NCBI RefSeq assembly: GCF_001194135.2
Contig: NC_068999.1
Location: 43,505,432 to 43,543,421, forward strand
Source of the DNA: Octopus bimaculoides
Lineage: Eukaryota
Direction: 5' to 3'
Length of the DNA: 37,990 bases
Part shown: positions 34,308-37,990 of the stretch, piece by piece
How positions within the stretch are numbered: position 1 is the first letter of the stretch
Layout of the letters: the number at the start of each line of letters is the position of its first letter
Program-made: the position numbers and the translations under genes
The notes under the pieces: model-generated
Database searches by the model: none
Seen by the model: the letters and a program-made list of their open reading frames with translations, nothing else
What the model was told of the DNA's origin: nothing

Positions 34308-34897
34308 CTGAAATAAATAAAGGACAAAAGATAAACGATGTATAATTTATGTATTTTATCAATAATTCTTTTCCGGTATCTACGGGAAACAACTTTGGTC
34401 ATTTTTCAGTTTGCTCAAGCGTCATCAGTAAATAGTATCCTTCGCCGTACTTTCAAAGCACTTACAAAATACAAAGTACGCTGGTAATCTTTGCAAAATA
34501 AATTGCTTAAAAATTTTATCAAATTAATAATTTCATGTCCATGAAATACAATGGATACAATTAGTTAAGTGGTAAACTTATTAAATACATTACAACATTA
34601 AAACGAAATTAATATGCGGCAGAGAACGCAATAAACAAATAAATGAATAAATAGATAAAAGTTTTATCATTTCTGGGTTTCCGGTGTCAATGTTACTTCG
34701 ACCTTTTTAATGTGTTACCAGGAGAGAAAATGAACGAAATTTATACGAAAAAGAGCCAACTTTAACAATGGAAACATGAATATATTTGCGTTGAGGTATG
34801 CAAATTGCTGCCTCCGGGCATAAATTAACGACTGGTTCGCATAAATTAACGACGCTGGGACATAAATAATTATCATTATTAGAAATCATTAACAAAT

Positions 34898-34939
34898 CAT
34901 CATCATCATCATTATCGTCATCATCATCATTGACATCGG

Positions 34940-34991
<52 letters not shown>

Positions 34992-35014
34992 GTTATTGTT
35001 GTTGTTGTTGTTGC

Positions 35015-35078
<64 letters not shown>
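34898..35078. repeat. (CAT)n followed by long (ATT)n/(GTT)n tract
   Basis: Direct reading; poly-N/poly-L pseudo-ORFs. Confidence 0.97.
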
Positions 35079-35081
<3 letters not shown>

Positions 35082-35747
35082 CGTTAGCACGCAGGATTTT
35101 CCGAGGATTTTCGAGGTATTTTTTACTTATTAAATGAAAAGAAAAAAAAAAAATCTCCGTGGGAAACCTTTTGAAACGTTCTGGATATTTTTGGGCGTAA
35201 ATCTGGCATTTTAACCGTTCTGTACAATTATAACTTAAGTTATGTGTTTGCCAGTCACATGCCCATTCCAGAAAGCAAGCAAAATAATTAATTCGAAACA
35301 AAACAAAACAAAACANNNNNNNNNNNNNNNNNNNNNNNNNNNNNNNNNNNNNNNNNNNNNNNNNNNNNNNNNNNNNNNNNNNNNNNNNNNNNNNNNNNNN
35401 NNNNNNNNNNNNNNNNNNNNNNNNNNNNNNNNNNNNNNNNNNNNNNNNNNNNNNNNNNNNNNNNNNNNNNNNNNNNNNNNNNNNNNNNNNNNNNNNNNNN
35501 NNNNNNNNNNNNNNNNNNNNNNNNNNNNNNNNNNNNNNNNNNNNNNNNNNNNNNNTATATATATATATATATATATATTAATAGATATCGCCAAGCTAAT
35601 TTTTGCAGTCCAGAAAAATAGGACGAATGCTGCCGTTGATTAGCTCCAAGCGGCCATTGCCTATAGCTAGCAATGTGATACTTAAACCTGTGTCCATTAC
35701 AACCTTCGAATAGGGGAGTTCATCAGCTTCCCCTTGCTGGTTCAACA

Positions 35748-35790
35748 TCCACAGACTAGTTTCGGTGTATTTGCCGCTTATCAATGTGGA
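35748..35790 (-). ncRNA. Minimal type-I hammerhead ribozyme fold with U3-A8 core and palindromic stem III
   Basis: Minus strand TCCACA-TTGATAA-GCGGCAAATACACC-GAA-ACTAGT-C-TGTGGA: perfect 6-bp stem I, palindrome ACTAGT, GTC site; stem II only 2 bp. Confidence 0.6.
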
Positions 35791-36904
35791 GATGACGAAT
35801 CCAGCAGGCGTCGCTATTGAGTGTCTATTCGAAGGTTTATTTATATATATTCAGTGGAACTCATCCACTGGTTTTCAAAAAATAGAAATATTATTGTTAA
35901 CTCTCTCTAAAGGAGACTACGGCAGCAGTACTGGGTGTTAATAGTTATCGCCAAGCTAACATGGCAGTTCAGAAAAATAAGACGAATTCTTTTTAATCTA
36001 TTTCTTTTTTTTTTTGCTAACGTTGCTAGCCATAGAAAAAGTTATGAAAATGTCTCACTTAACAGAAAAATTTCTATGGCAGTTATATGTGATCAAGGAA
36101 AATACCTCCTAAACCGAGATTTTATGCAATCGTATACGAGGAGGAAGGTCATATGTTATGTATCCTTAAAACATGGGAATCCTCGCAAGAAGAATACATC
36201 ATCATACGTAGCGCTTTATCACACTTTCAGAGTCTTTGGCAGGAGTTGCACGAGTAGCGAGGATGCGTTTCTGTTGATCTTAGGAACAACGCGTCGACGA
36301 GGGCCTTCAGTGAGCTCGCTATAGTTATATCGCATCTGAAAAATGCAACAGAATGCTTACTAGAACGTTGTTCAACACTGGAAGCTAGAAACTAAACATA
36401 AATAACAACAACAACAACAACAACAGCAGCAGCAAAAGTAACAACAGCTTTAGTAGCAGCAGCAGCAGTAACAATAACAGCAGGAAGTCCAGCAGCAAGG
36501 GACTCTCTATATAGTTGCGTGCTCTGTTAGAAATAGCAGTGAAAGTTCCCATTAAAACATACTCCATCGACATAAAAAAAAACCCCTCAATATCTAAGCT
36601 TATATCGGACAACTATTAGAAACATAATAGCTGCAAAATAAAAAGGAGAGATGGTCATTGTTGGAATATTATTTACTGTAGCTTTGCTCATTCATGTCCC
36701 ACCTGGAGCCAAAAAATAGCAACAACAACAACAACAATAACAGTGTCAACGGTGATTGCAACATCAACAACAAAAGCAGCGACAAGTTCATAGTAAAACC
36801 AACAATTAGGACCTCGCTATGACAAAGCTGTTGTAACGCTCGAATATCACTTCTATAAAACAGCTTAAAACAAGAGCACTCAGAGAGCGCAGACCTCCAC
36901 AAGG

Positions 36905-37076
36905 GTCCGGTACCGGATCGATCCCCAAAATCTAATCAGTTCATGTCAGTCACGTGGCCAATCATCCCTGAAAGTTTCATCCGAATCCATCCGGTGGTTC
37001 TTGAGATATCTAGTCCACGGACAAACAAACAAACAAACATACACGACTGGAAACAATAACCCCCCCCCCGCCTTCG
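36905..37076 (-). mobile_element. Helentron/HINE-like non-autonomous rolling-circle element end
   Basis: Minus strand CGAAGGCGGGGGGGGGGTTATTGTTT..(GTTT)n..GATATCTCAAGAACC..GATGAAACTTTCAGG, with internal palindrome TCCGGTACCGGA; resembles non-autonomous Helentron ends from memory; the terminus runs into a gap. Confidence 0.55.
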
Positions 37077-37292
37077 NNNNNNNNNNACAACAACGATAAT
37101 ACGAACAACAGCAGTAACAAGAAAAGTAATAACAAGTGCAGCAGCAGCAGTAGCAGCAGCAGCAGTAGCAATATTGGGATCTGAGTCAGAAACACAACCA
37201 ATTGTGCGTTGGAGGCAGGCAAATGCCATTTCGTGTATGTAAATGTGAGTGTATGCGTGTGCGTATGCATGTGTTTGTGTGTGTGTGTGTGT

Positions 37293-37340
<48 letters not shown>

Positions 37341-37449
37341 GTTTAGGAGGATGATGACGACAATCGCACCCTCCTCCTCGACCACCACTCCGTACCATTC
37401 TTCTGGATCTAAAATGATGCTGCATAATCAAAGAAAATATCTACAATTG

Positions 37450-37736
37450 TATTTCTTTGAAGATTGCTTTGTAGTATATGGAATACATACATGCATACGC
37501 TCAAACACACATGCATACATGCATGCATGCATGCACAGATACATATATATACATCTGTACATACATGCATACATACATACATACATGCATACATACATAC
37601 ATACACACACTTACCATTCATATGCGTACACATACATATATCTATACATATATACATATACATATTCATACATAGATACATATACATACATATACGCATG
37701 TATATATATATATATATATGCATGTATATATGTATG

Positions 37737-37822
<86 letters not shown>

Positions 37823-37990
37823 CACGCTATCACGCTGCAAACACAATCACACATAAAATTACATGCATAAATTTGAACGTACATACGCATACGTATGCAT
37901 TGAGGTATCTATGTACATGTATGACATGTATATTTATACACACACATACATACATACATACATACATACATACATACATACTTACATGCA
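37450..37990. repeat. (TACA)n/(TA)n/(TGCA)n compound microsatellite
   Basis: Direct reading. Confidence 0.95.

Noticed and set aside
34408-34430. Minus-strand CTGATGAC-GC(TTGA)GC-AAAC
   Set aside because: G12 missing; no stem III, NUH site or stem I.
35935-36324. 129-aa plus-strand ORF
   Set aside because: GTG start, low-complexity T-run, overlaps a repeat fragment, no splice or homology support.
37608-37616. Consensus minus-strand donor G|GTAAGT
   Set aside because: Embedded in microsatellite with no plausible exon or acceptor.
20-37890. Long ORFs in the supplied track rich in YI, HT, CV, poly-N/L/I/M or X
   Set aside because: They are translations of microsatellites or N-gaps, not genes.
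1-37990. CRISPR array, rRNA or intact tRNA genes
   Set aside because: No regular repeat-spacer array or rRNA motifs; all tRNA-like pieces are SINE heads.

Overview
Eukaryotic, AT-rich, repeat-saturated draft-assembly DNA with 18 N-gaps (about 6 kb in total), most of them abutting microsatellites. The SINE families and repeat landscape resemble those of octopus genomes; this is recognition from memory, not a database result. There is no rRNA, CRISPR array or long intact ORF, and almost every ORF in the supplied track is an artefact of microsatellites or N-runs. The window holds many tRNA-derived SINEs (three families told apart here as A, BE and C), decayed 3' ends of CR1-type and RTE-type LINEs, and Tigger-like, mariner-like, piggyBac-like and Helentron-like DNA-element pieces. 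A tentative chain of 31-76 nt exons on the minus strand spans about 34 kb, and a possible terminal exon of a convergent plus-strand gene lies at the left edge. The best unexpected signal is four sequence-unrelated minimal type-I hammerhead ribozyme folds (5.6, 20.0, 23.6, 35.8 kb) of the kind associated with Penelope-like elements and retrozymes; each carries some defect. Also notable are a SINE sharing a 24-bp identical tail with a CR1 LINE in the same window, a composite SINE with an internal microsatellite, a strong strand bias of family-A SINEs, and unexplained hairpins.
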